A stretch of DNA of 56,366 nucleotides. Source: Candidatus Omnitrophota bacterium (GTDB lineage Bacteria; Omnitrophota; Gorgyraeia; Zapsychrales; Zapsychraceae). The notes beneath the pieces were generated by a model. It had not been told where the DNA came from, ran no database searches, and worked only from the letters and a program-made list of their open reading frames with translations. How positions within the stretch are numbered: the first letter of the stretch is position 1; each line of letters begins with the position of its first letter. The stretch covers positions 1 to 56,366 of the forward strand of contig JAJDCB010000004.1 in assembly GCA_029261065.1 (NCBI GenBank), given 5' to 3'. Both the position numbers and the translations under genes were made by a program. Positions 48,790 through 56,366 of the stretch are shown here, piece after piece.

Positions 48790-49995
48790 TTAAAAATCGA
48801 TAAGAATATTTCTAAGATACCCTAAAAGTCCATCTGCCAACACGTTATGACCCTGTGTTGTTAGGTGGCCATCGATGCTAAAATACAATTTTTGGGAACT
48901 ATTTTGTTGCAACGTCTCTAACATATCCCAAAAAGGAACATCCTCCTTCCTAAAGAATTGCGCCAACTTCTCATTAATGGCTAAACTCGCCCTTTTTCCA
49001 GAATAATATTGGTACGAATTGTCTCCGTAGCTTTCTAAATCGAGCTGTCCTTCCATTGGAATATAAAAATAAATGATAGGGATATTGGCTTGATGCACCG
49101 TCTCTATTAGAGAACTCATATAAAAAAACGACTGAGCCCAAGCTTTTTTGAGATATTCAGGATTTTCATTTAAAGGATTATGTTTTTGAAGAGGAAAAAA
49201 TTGGTATACAGAATTAAATTCGGGCTTATTTTTCATCCTTAAATTTATTTTTGATTTCTTATTTCTTTTAGTCGATACAACAGACATATATTCATAAAAT
49301 CGACTTAACTCCATAAGAGAACTATTAAACTTTTGCCGCCAACCCCTAACAAAATGCCGCGCATCAGAAGGTCCTGAGCGCTGTTCATACTCTTTCATAA
49401 AATAAGGCTGAATCTTAATTGGCAGCCCATCATCAGCGATAATACTCATCTCTCGCACATAATTATCTTCAAAAATGTCATTGGCAAAGAGTTGAACCAT
49501 GATTAAATCGGCGTCAAGTGGCGCTATGCGATGTTTATAAAGCACATAATGTGTAATCGGTGAGAATCTAGACATACCCGCATTAATAACTTCATATTTT
49601 TTTCCATGAGATGCTAATTGATTGAGTTGACTTTCCAGAAGCATGCTAAAATTCTTTTGATAATCGACTTGTAACGCTTCGGTAAATGAATCTCCCATGA
49701 TAACAATGCGAAAAACATCTCTCTTCTTTTTTAGAGCAATATCTTCTCCTATAAATCCGAGTTGATTTGTTTTTTGTTGGGCTCGAAATTCTTTGGACTC
49801 GCGGTTTTGAGAGATAAATTCATTATTCTTAGCATGAAACGAACCCAAATAATAATCAGGAACCCATACCTTTCTTAGCTTCTCACTTGAGGCGTTATGA
49901 ATGCGGATAACAACCTCGGCGATAACAAGACTAATAAAAAGACTACCAAGAATCATTATTCCGGTAAAAAGATAAGTTTTAGCTGTTTTGCCCAA
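48790..49995 (-). CDS. Membrane-anchored SGNH/GDSL hydrolase-family protein
   Basis: N-terminal TM, GDSFT, VINAG, ND, DGHLT..GH. Confidence 0.88.
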   Translation of the reverse strand: MGKTAKTYLFTGIMILGSLFISLVIAEVVIRIHNASSEKLRKVWVPDYYLGSFHAKNNEFISQNRESKEFRAQQKTNQLGFIGEDIALKKKRDVFRIVIMGDSFTEALQVDYQKNFSMLLESQLNQLASHGKKYEVINAGMSRFSPITHYVLYKHRIAPLDADLIMVQLFANDIFEDNYVREMSIIADDGLPIKIQPYFMKEYEQRSGPSDARHFVRGWRQKFNSSLMELSRFYEYMSVVSTKRNKKSKINLRMKNKPEFNSVYQFFPLQKHNPLNENPEYLKKAWAQSFFYMSSLIETVHQANIPIIYFYIPMEGQLDLESYGDNSYQYYSGKRASLAINEKLAQFFRKEDVPFWDMLETLQQNSSQKLYFSIDGHLTTQGHNVLADGLLGYLRNILIDF

Positions 49996-50674
49996 TGTTT
50001 TTCTCTAAAGCAAAGAGTTGATAATAAAGTCCGACTTGTGTCAAAACGATGTAGGGCATAATAAATATGATACAAACCATATAAAGCGTTTGCCCTAATT
50101 GAGGATTTGTTTGAAGAAATGATCGTAATACCATGGTAGGAATAAGAAAAATACAAGTAATCAGTAAAGAAAATTGTAATACTTTTACAAATTGAGATTT
50201 AACGAGACGTGCACTCCTTTGGAAAGCCGCCATAAATTGTCTTCTCTCTAGAATAACTAAAACATCAGCCAATAAAAATATTGTTCCAACATAAATACCT
50301 GGAATGACAAAAAGCAATATCCCCATTAAAAAAACCATCATAAAGGTAAGATTAACGGCCAAATAAAGCCAATATTTATCAAAGGATTTCACCATCACAT
50401 CTTTTAAATCAAAGCTCTTCCCCTTATAAACCTTGATGCTCGCATAAACTAATCCCATCGAAACCCAATTAGAACCTAACATGCTTAACATAAATGATAA
50501 ACTTCCAAACGTTGAATTCTTTTGACCAAATAACACCCCTGGAATAAGCTGAGATAATCCAAATAAAAGCCCCAAACTTATAAGGGGACGGAAATGCTGC
50601 TTATACAAATCCATGGCGTTAGTCAGTATTGGAGCAATAGCAAAAGTATCATCGTGATTAAAATTACTGTTCAT
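49979..50674 (-). CDS. Integral membrane protein of unknown function
   Basis: About five TM segments; LFVIPGIY and AFQRSARLVK patterns. Confidence 0.75.
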   Translation of the reverse strand: MNSNFNHDDTFAIAPILTNAMDLYKQHFRPLISLGLLFGLSQLIPGVLFGQKNSTFGSLSFMLSMLGSNWVSMGLVYASIKVYKGKSFDLKDVMVKSFDKYWLYLAVNLTFMMVFLMGILLFVIPGIYVGTIFLLADVLVILERRQFMAAFQRSARLVKSQFVKVLQFSLLITCIFLIPTMVLRSFLQTNPQLGQTLYMVCIIFIMPYIVLTQVGLYYQLFALEKNIGQNS

Positions 50675-51167
50675 TTAATAATTCCTTGTACAAAGTCAAA
50701 TCATCGTCAGAAAAACAGACAAAAATTATTTTTTTAAATTGTGCATTCATTTTTGTAAAACTAAATACTGTATTAACAGCAATTTGCGCCGCTTGTTGTT
50801 TTGGAAACTCATAGACTCCTGTACTTATACATGGAAAAGCTATTGATTGCAATTTATAATCTATTGCTAATGCTAAACAGTTTTGATAACACTGTGTTAA
50901 CAACTTCTCTTCATTACATGCACCACCCGACCAAACAGGTCCAACCGTATGAATCACATAAGAGGCTGCTAAACGATAGCCCTTCGTAATCTTAGCCTGA
51001 CCGGTAGGACAACCATTTAACGTTTTACACTCCTCTAATAATTCAGAACCCGCGGCACGATGTATCGCGCCATCAACACCACCACCGCCCAACAATGATT
51101 CATTGGCGGCGTTAACAATCACATCAACATTGAGCGTAGTAATGTCTGCACCAATAGCCTCTATCAT
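50664..51167 (-). CDS. ymdB: Macrodomain protein (O-acetyl-ADP-ribose deacetylase)
   Basis: DIT...VD.IVNAAN.SLLGGGGVDGAIHRAAG, VIHTVGP, AFPCISTGVY.FP. Confidence 0.93.
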   Translation of the reverse strand: MIEAIGADITTLNVDVIVNAANESLLGGGGVDGAIHRAAGSELLEECKTLNGCPTGQAKITKGYRLAASYVIHTVGPVWSGGACNEEKLLTQCYQNCLALAIDYKLQSIAFPCISTGVYEFPKQQAAQIAVNTVFSFTKMNAQFKKIIFVCFSDDDLTLYKELLNEQ

Positions 51168-51817
51168 CTTTGCGTTCCCAATATCATGACACCCCTATCA
51201 AAAAATTCTACAGAACGGTTTAGCCATTCGGCTATCCATTTAAAGGTTTCTTTTTGATAGAACATCACATGAGTGGGTTCCGTGTGATACCACCACTTCG
51301 AAAAATCGATATCCGATTGATACAATTGCGTCATAATCGCCAAATAAGATTTATTGGGCTTTAATAATGCATTAAGCGAGCTCAATTCTTTTCTTGGACT
51401 AAAAAAATGCTCGACTGTTTCTGTGCAAACAATAAAATCATACTGCTTCTTTAATACTTTTTTTTCTGGAAAATAAAAGGGATCATATCGACTCATACCA
51501 AAACCTTGTTTCTCTAACATAAGATCCAGCGTCGGACCCGGGCCGCACCCATAATCAAGCCCCACATCTCCCTTCGTTAGTTTAGGAATTAAGGGTTTAA
51601 CTAAACGATTTAAAAAATTGGTATAATTCTCATCATCTGGGTTATTGTCATGCAAATCATATCTCTTTTTTTCTTCTTCTTTTGATAAAAAAAACTTAGG
51701 TAATAAAAAAATCAGATGACAATTTTGACAACAATCATAACGTTTCAATCCAAACGTTTTGTCTTCTATCTCGTAAAACAAATCCGTCTTTTCTGATTCG
51801 CACAGCGGACAAAACAT
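51164..51817 (-). CDS. Class I SAM-dependent methyltransferase with N-terminal Zn ribbon
   Basis: CPLC...CQNC; GLDYGCGPGP; ETVEHF; PTHVMFY. Confidence 0.88.
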   Translation of the reverse strand: MFCPLCESEKTDLFYEIEDKTFGLKRYDCCQNCHLIFLLPKFFLSKEEEKKRYDLHDNNPDDENYTNFLNRLVKPLIPKLTKGDVGLDYGCGPGPTLDLMLEKQGFGMSRYDPFYFPEKKVLKKQYDFIVCTETVEHFFSPRKELSSLNALLKPNKSYLAIMTQLYQSDIDFSKWWYHTEPTHVMFYQKETFKWIAEWLNRSVEFFDRGVMILGTQR

Positions 51818-52066
51818 TTAATTAGCCGTTTTCAATTGTTGTTGTAACGTCTCTTGCTTCTTATGCATATCATCTAATTGATCACGCGTATCATCGATAA
51901 CATTAAATAACTCTGACATCCCCAAATCCTCTTCTTCCAAACTCGGCTGTTCTTTAAATGAGGTGGCGTTTAATCTGTTCAACATGAGATACGCAAATAA
52001 TCCAATAATAAACATCGTAATTAATATGCTAATACCTGAAATAAACCCATCATTTCTCTTGAACAT
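51818..52066 (-). CDS. Small protein with a prepilin-like N-terminus
   Basis: ATG 52066 has a GGAGG RBS; MFKRNDG|FISGISILITMFIIGLFAYLML, then an acidic/coiled-coil tail. Confidence 0.6.
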   Translation of the reverse strand: MFKRNDGFISGISILITMFIIGLFAYLMLNRLNATSFKEQPSLEEEDLGMSELFNVIDDTRDQLDDMHKKQETLQQQLKTAN

Positions 52067-53645
52067 GGCCACCTCCTATAGTTTGCAAACATTGAGATAA
52101 ATCATAGATATCAATATCTCCACTATGATCATTAACACTATTTAACATCCTTAACGTGTCTATAAAATTTTTATTATGTTCAAACACGAACCTCTTATGC
52201 GTCTCAGTATTAAAATGTCTTACCTTCGCCTCAAGAGAACAACCCTTTCTAATGGCACTCAGTACAGGAGTTAATTGAGTCTTATTCCAAGCCCCATCAA
52301 CAGTATTCATGACATATTGCTCTGGATCAAGCAAAAGATAGGAATAGCCTTGCCCAAGTAAATCATTTAACGCTTGATAATCTTCACGATAAATTTGGGT
52401 TACCTGTGTATGAGGCATATATAACTTCGTATAATACATACTTGAGGAAACAACTCCTGCCTTAGTATCTTGACTCACAATAAAATCTCCAGCCTCTTTC
52501 ATCCCAGAGCGGAAATTTAAAAGCTTTAAACTGTTGATAACTGATGGAAATAAGACTGCAACTATCATGAAGACCAGTGCGGAGCGATTAAATCTTTTTA
52601 TAGTGAATTGTTGATAAAGATTCCAGATGGTTGTCGCACAAAGAATGGAAAGAAAGGGTAAAATCACCGAAATAGACCGCGCCCCACGTTCATCAGCCAA
52701 TGAGGCACCTATAATCTGAACGGCACAAATCAAAATAGGAAGTAAAGTTGAACGTTTATGTTTAATAAACATAAAACTTAGTGCAAGTAAAACATAATAA
52801 CTCGCCCCCTCAATTTGCCCTAAAAAGAAAGGGTACGAGAAAAACCCTAAAAAATCGATTCCTTCAAATTGATGCAAACTTAAATGCCGTCTTAAACCTT
52901 CCCCATAATCCGGAGTAGCAACTCCTAGCGTATTTAAGAGTTGATATAACAAAAAAGCACCAACCATAACACTTAAGATCATATTAAAACCATAGAATAA
53001 AATATTTTTTAAACTATCAATAAACTTTCTCTTTTCAAAACGAATTTCAAAAACCTCAATCAACATCATAAAAACAGGCACTAATCCCACTCTAAAGCGA
53101 TCCAATAAAAACCCCATCCCCGTCGACATCCCAGCTAAGCCCACAAGAAAATAAAGTTTTTGTGACTTAGCGCCCAGATATAAATAGACACTTAACACAG
53201 CAAAGAATATCGTTGCAGATTCAGAAACAGCTAAACGACTATAAAAGATATGATAGGAAGAAAATGATAAAAAAAGAGCGCTAAGAAGGCCAATCATATG
53301 AGATTGATACATTCTTTTGGCTAAAAGATATGTTAAAGAAATCGTTGCTAACGCAAAGATTGCAGATAAAGATTGAATGATAAAAATACTTTGATCAAAA
53401 ACAACCTGTGCCAAAAGAATAAAGGCTAACCAAAGAATTTTGGAATCAACATAAAGATATGAAGAGGAATAACTATGCTCCGAAGATATGACCTTATGAA
53501 TTTCTAAGGCTCTTGTTTGAAAAGAAGCCTCATCAAACAAAACTATGCCTTGATTGGGAAGGCCATAGAAACGAAAGATACTGGCGAGAATTAAAATAAG
53601 AAGAAGCGGCGCATATTTAAGAAAGATATTTGTTTTCAATGCCAC
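52050..53645 (-). CDS. ArnT/PMT-like (GT-C fold) glycosyltransferase
   Basis: FRFYGL......FDEA after TM1; HIFYSRLAVSE; about 11 TM segments; soluble C-terminal domain. Confidence 0.85.
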   Translation of the reverse strand: MALKTNIFLKYAPLLLILILASIFRFYGLPNQGIVLFDEASFQTRALEIHKVISSEHSYSSSYLYVDSKILWLAFILLAQVVFDQSIFIIQSLSAIFALATISLTYLLAKRMYQSHMIGLLSALFLSFSSYHIFYSRLAVSESATIFFAVLSVYLYLGAKSQKLYFLVGLAGMSTGMGFLLDRFRVGLVPVFMMLIEVFEIRFEKRKFIDSLKNILFYGFNMILSVMVGAFLLYQLLNTLGVATPDYGEGLRRHLSLHQFEGIDFLGFFSYPFFLGQIEGASYYVLLALSFMFIKHKRSTLLPILICAVQIIGASLADERGARSISVILPFLSILCATTIWNLYQQFTIKRFNRSALVFMIVAVLFPSVINSLKLLNFRSGMKEAGDFIVSQDTKAGVVSSSMYYTKLYMPHTQVTQIYREDYQALNDLLGQGYSYLLLDPEQYVMNTVDGAWNKTQLTPVLSAIRKGCSLEAKVRHFNTETHKRFVFEHNKNFIDTLRMLNSVNDHSGDIDIYDLSQCLQTIGGGHVQEK

Positions 53646-53665
53646 AAGCTCTTAGATCCTCTCCA

Positions 53666-54229
53666 TTACTCGGTTTTATCAAATGTTAGTGATGCCGAGT
53701 TTATACAATAGCGTTTACCCGTTGGTTCTGGGCCATCATCGAAGATATGACCAAGATGAGATTCACACCGCGCGCAATGCACCTCAACACGTTTCATAAA
53801 AAAACTCGTATCAACCTCTACCTCTACATTCTCCTCAGCAACCGGCTGCCAATAACTAGGCCATCCTGTTCCCGACTTAAACTTCGTATCAGAACTAAAA
53901 AGATCTGTACCACAGCCCACACATTTATAAACCCCTTTTTCTTTATTGTCCCACAACTCTCCTGTAAAGGCTCGCTCCGTCCCCTTCTCCCTTGCCACAC
54001 GAAATTGTTCACGATCCAATTGTGTTTGCCATTCTTTTTTAGTTCTCACGACACGATCAACGTTTTCGAATTTATCTAACAACACGTTATAGATTTTAAT
54101 ACTCTCAGAACCACTTTCTGTATTTTCCTGTGCTGATGTTATCTCAGAATCTTTATCCTTCATTTTCGCCTCCAAAGTTACAAACGTTACTATAAGAAAA
54201 ATGCTTAAAAACAATATGACAAGTTTCAT
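53666..54229 (-). CDS. msrB: Peptide-methionine (R)-S-oxide reductase with an N-terminal export signal
   Basis: GTERAF, CVGC, KF.SGTGWPS, CARC.SHLGHIF.DGP.PTG.RYCINS; hydrophobic N-terminus. Confidence 0.96.
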   Translation of the reverse strand: MKLVILFLSIFLIVTFVTLEAKMKDKDSEITSAQENTESGSESIKIYNVLLDKFENVDRVVRTKKEWQTQLDREQFRVAREKGTERAFTGELWDNKEKGVYKCVGCGTDLFSSDTKFKSGTGWPSYWQPVAEENVEVEVDTSFFMKRVEVHCARCESHLGHIFDDGPEPTGKRYCINSASLTFDKTE

Positions 54230-54262
54230 GCCCCCTCCATTTCCTTTAAAAAAGACGTAACT

Positions 54263-55582
54263 TTAAGATTTTTTTGCTAGCGGATACTTATTCATAAACT
54301 CAACAACACGCGTATCAAGCAAGATATGCCTTTTTAAAATAGGACGACGTAAGATAAGTCCCTCAAAGCTTGTACAACGGCTTAAAGCCACATAAAGCTG
54401 ACCATGCGAAAACGTTCCTCGCCCTATATCTAAAACAACTTTAGAAAATGTTTTACCTTGCGATTTATGAATCGTCATCGCCCAAGCCAGTTTCAAAGGA
54501 TACTGCTTAAATGATCCCACCGATTCTGACTCAATGCTTTCGGTGTCTTCATTAAAAGAGAAATTAAACATCTCCCAAGTAAAAGGTGTCACCTCAACAC
54601 TTCTGCCATCATCAAGCTCAACTTCAATAATATCTGCCCCATAGCCTTCTATATTTAAATACGTAACCTTGCCAATACTGCCATTCACCCACCGACCTTG
54701 TGGGTCATTATTTAATAACATCACCTGAGCGCCTAATTTTAACTCCAAATTTGGAAGCGTGGGAAATTGATTTTTTTGAAAATTTCCTACGATATCAGAT
54801 TCGCAAAACAAAGACGGCTCATCAATCAAATCTAGCTGTTCCTGATTAATACCTTCAGCTAACGCATTGGTTGTTGTTAGATACACATAAAAATCATCCT
54901 CATCGGGTTTAAATCCCGATTTAAAGCGCGTGTTTAGGCGATTGATGGGTTCAATAATTTCAGAATTATTCCGTATGGCACCTAATAGAGAAATGAAGTC
55001 TTTTTCTTTTTGGCGATATATTTTCTTTAACTCAACAACCCTTAATTTCAAACTTGAGAAAGCATTTGAATCAAAAAAATAAGCACTCTTATAAACATCG
55101 GTAAAAATACTTTTCTCAACATTTGTCACAACAGGAGGCAATTGATACATATCACCAAATAAAACTATCTGAACACCTCCAAAAGGCTTCCCCTCATCCT
55201 TACCATATATTCTTAAAAACGTATCAATGCAATCAAGCAAATCTGAACGCACCATAGAAATTTCATCAATAACAATGACATCCAAGTTTCTATAAAGCTT
55301 GGATTGACTACGCCGCATCAGTATCGAATAAACACTATCAACTGTTACATCCGGCTTAAAACGAAAAAATGAATGAATCGTCTGTCCCTTGATATTAACA
55401 GCGGCAACACCCGTAGGCGCTAACACAACCATCTTCTTCGTTGAATGCTCACGAAAATAATGTAGTAGTGTTGATTTGCCTGTCCCAGCTTTACCTGTAA
55501 TAAACAAATTCTCACGTCCATTTTCCAAAAGGTCATAGGCATGAGCAAACTGTTCGTTAAAATCTATATCTTTTGTGATCAC
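54263..55582 (-). CDS. PIF1/RecD-like SF1B helicase
   Basis: TGKAGTGKS, APTGVAA, IDEISM, GDMYQLPP, YRQ, VNGSIG, QYPLKLAWAMTIHKSQG, YVALSR. Confidence 0.93.
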   Translation of the reverse strand: MITKDIDFNEQFAHAYDLLENGRENLFITGKAGTGKSTLLHYFREHSTKKMVVLAPTGVAAVNIKGQTIHSFFRFKPDVTVDSVYSILMRRSQSKLYRNLDVIVIDEISMVRSDLLDCIDTFLRIYGKDEGKPFGGVQIVLFGDMYQLPPVVTNVEKSIFTDVYKSAYFFDSNAFSSLKLRVVELKKIYRQKEKDFISLLGAIRNNSEIIEPINRLNTRFKSGFKPDEDDFYVYLTTTNALAEGINQEQLDLIDEPSLFCESDIVGNFQKNQFPTLPNLELKLGAQVMLLNNDPQGRWVNGSIGKVTYLNIEGYGADIIEVELDDGRSVEVTPFTWEMFNFSFNEDTESIESESVGSFKQYPLKLAWAMTIHKSQGKTFSKVVLDIGRGTFSHGQLYVALSRCTSFEGLILRRPILKRHILLDTRVVEFMNKYPLAKKS

Positions 55583-56070
55583 TTTAAATCTTTCAAAATC
55601 AAAGATGCCGTAAAAGTAACAATCTCTTGATCTGTAATAACACCACTAATGAATTTATTCTTTTTTAGAATAGGAATACAACTTATTTTTTTCTGAGCCA
55701 TCAAGACAGTTGCCTGAGCAAGATTGTCATCAGGCCCCAAGGTAGGAGCACTTTTATACATAATATTTCTTAAAATATAACTATCAAGGACATCTTTACT
55801 ATAAAAACTATCACCATCAATGAGCAAATCTGGATCATAGGAAGGCGATTCATATACAATTTTTCTAGGAGATTGTGTTTTGTAAACATATTTCTGACTA
55901 ATAAGCCCAACATACTTACCGGCTCTGTTTGTAACCAACAAGTGACTTAATCGATGCGTCTGAAACTTACTTTGCGCTTCACTAAAGTTGTCATCTTCAA
56001 AAACCGTAATAGCTGGAGATTTCATTACTTTCCTAATAGGAACTTCATCGAACAGTTTTTTAACATTCAT
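55579..56070 (-). CDS. CBS-domain pair protein
   Basis: Two CBS repeats (VMKSPAITV.EDD...GLIS; IM....TLGPDDNL..A..LM....ISCIPI....GVITDQE); RBS GAGGAG. Confidence 0.9.
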   Translation of the reverse strand: MNVKKLFDEVPIRKVMKSPAITVFEDDNFSEAQSKFQTHRLSHLLVTNRAGKYVGLISQKYVYKTQSPRKIVYESPSYDPDLLIDGDSFYSKDVLDSYILRNIMYKSAPTLGPDDNLAQATVLMAQKKISCIPILKKNKFISGVITDQEIVTFTASLILKDLK

Positions 56071-56103
56071 ACTTTTCTCCTCATGGCTTTGTGTATCGTG
56101 GAA

Positions 56104-56248
56104 GTATTCAACATTTGTGATTTAATCCTCTTGAGCTCTTTTGGGGATGGTATCCATAGCTCAGACAACTCGCTTGCGCTCGTAACTCGCTCTGGATACC
56201 ATCCCCAAAAGAGCTCAAGCTAACAGACGATCCACAAATGTTTAATGC
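56104..56248. repeat. Long hairpin element: perfect 27-bp inverted repeat around a conserved 34-nt core, with an imperfect outer stem
   Basis: Arms 56130-56156 and 56193-56219 are exact reverse complements. Core GCTCAGACAACTCGCTTGCGCTCGTAACTCGCTC at 56159-56192. Outer arms gtattcaacatttgtg / cacaaatgtttaatgc. Confidence 0.9.
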
Positions 56249-56332
56249 CTATATAATTATTGATCGTATAGCTACTATATTTTTATTTCCTAAATTTATA
56301 CTTCCCTATACGCAGTTGTCATAAGGTATCAT

Positions 56333-56366
56333 GAGCGAGTTACGAGCGCAAGCGAGTTGTCTGAGC
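56333..56366 (-). repeat. Second, inverted exact copy of the 34-nt core (ends at the window edge)
   Basis: Exact reverse complement of 56159-56192, but with unrelated flanking sequence. Confidence 0.9.

Noticed and set aside
45565-55582. Anti-phage defence island (helicase, macrodomain, TA, exonuclease VII)
   Set aside because: Each looks like an ordinary stand-alone family member (YmdB, XseAB, PIF1-like) interspersed with envelope genes; no recognisable defence operon architecture.
42764-56070. Integron cassette array (many short co-oriented genes plus palindromes)
   Set aside because: Genes mostly overlap or abut with no attC-like sites between them, no integrase is present, and core genes are included.
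55954-56223. 89-aa plus-strand ORF
   Set aside because: Antisense to the CBS gene and runs through the hairpin element; probably spurious, like the other short ORFs nested in or antisense to long genes.

Overview
AT-rich bacterial chromosomal window from a diderm organism (secretin, Sec-exported proteins). Gene content and style suggest an uncultured lineage such as Ca. Omnitrophota, which is inference only. Most genes are on the minus strand. (1) 1-10.4 kb: a very large exported protein missed by the ORF track (ATG at 2886, open to the window edge, at least 962 aa). It has a signal peptide, two FxGGSxxG motifs, an Ig-like domain and at least 47 tandem 13-aa G[IV]NWxD[IL]xVLSxA repeats. Upstream of it are two exported FGE/SUMF1-fold paralogs lacking the FGE catalytic cysteines, a TPR protein, a secretin, a GspC/PilP-like protein and an ExeA-type ATPase. 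This is the best candidate for an undescribed secretion/maturation system. (2) 10.4-15.2 kb: GT2/DUF2304/methyltransferase genes, a frameshifted S41 protease whose catalytic Lys and Gln appear swapped, and an exported EF-hand protein. (3) Glycine cleavage operon plus lipoate ligase. (4) CheX and three hybrid histidine kinases. (5) tRNA-Arg(UCG) with a displaced, insertion-interrupted duplicate of its 3' end. (6) 26-43 kb: two convergent lipid-carrier glycosylation modules (heptose-type and formyl-sugar-type) ending in paralogous GT-C-like membrane proteins, with gdhA embedded, plus further GT-C/YfhO-like proteins. (7) Housekeeping and accessory genes: NRAMP-like transporter, xseAB, BrnT/BrnA-like TA pair, SGNH protein, macrodomain, ArnT-like GT, msrB, PIF1-like helicase and CBS protein. 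Several families of small palindromic repeats are dispersed through the window, including long hairpins with variable stems around a conserved loop. All calls come from manual motif reading; no database searches were run.
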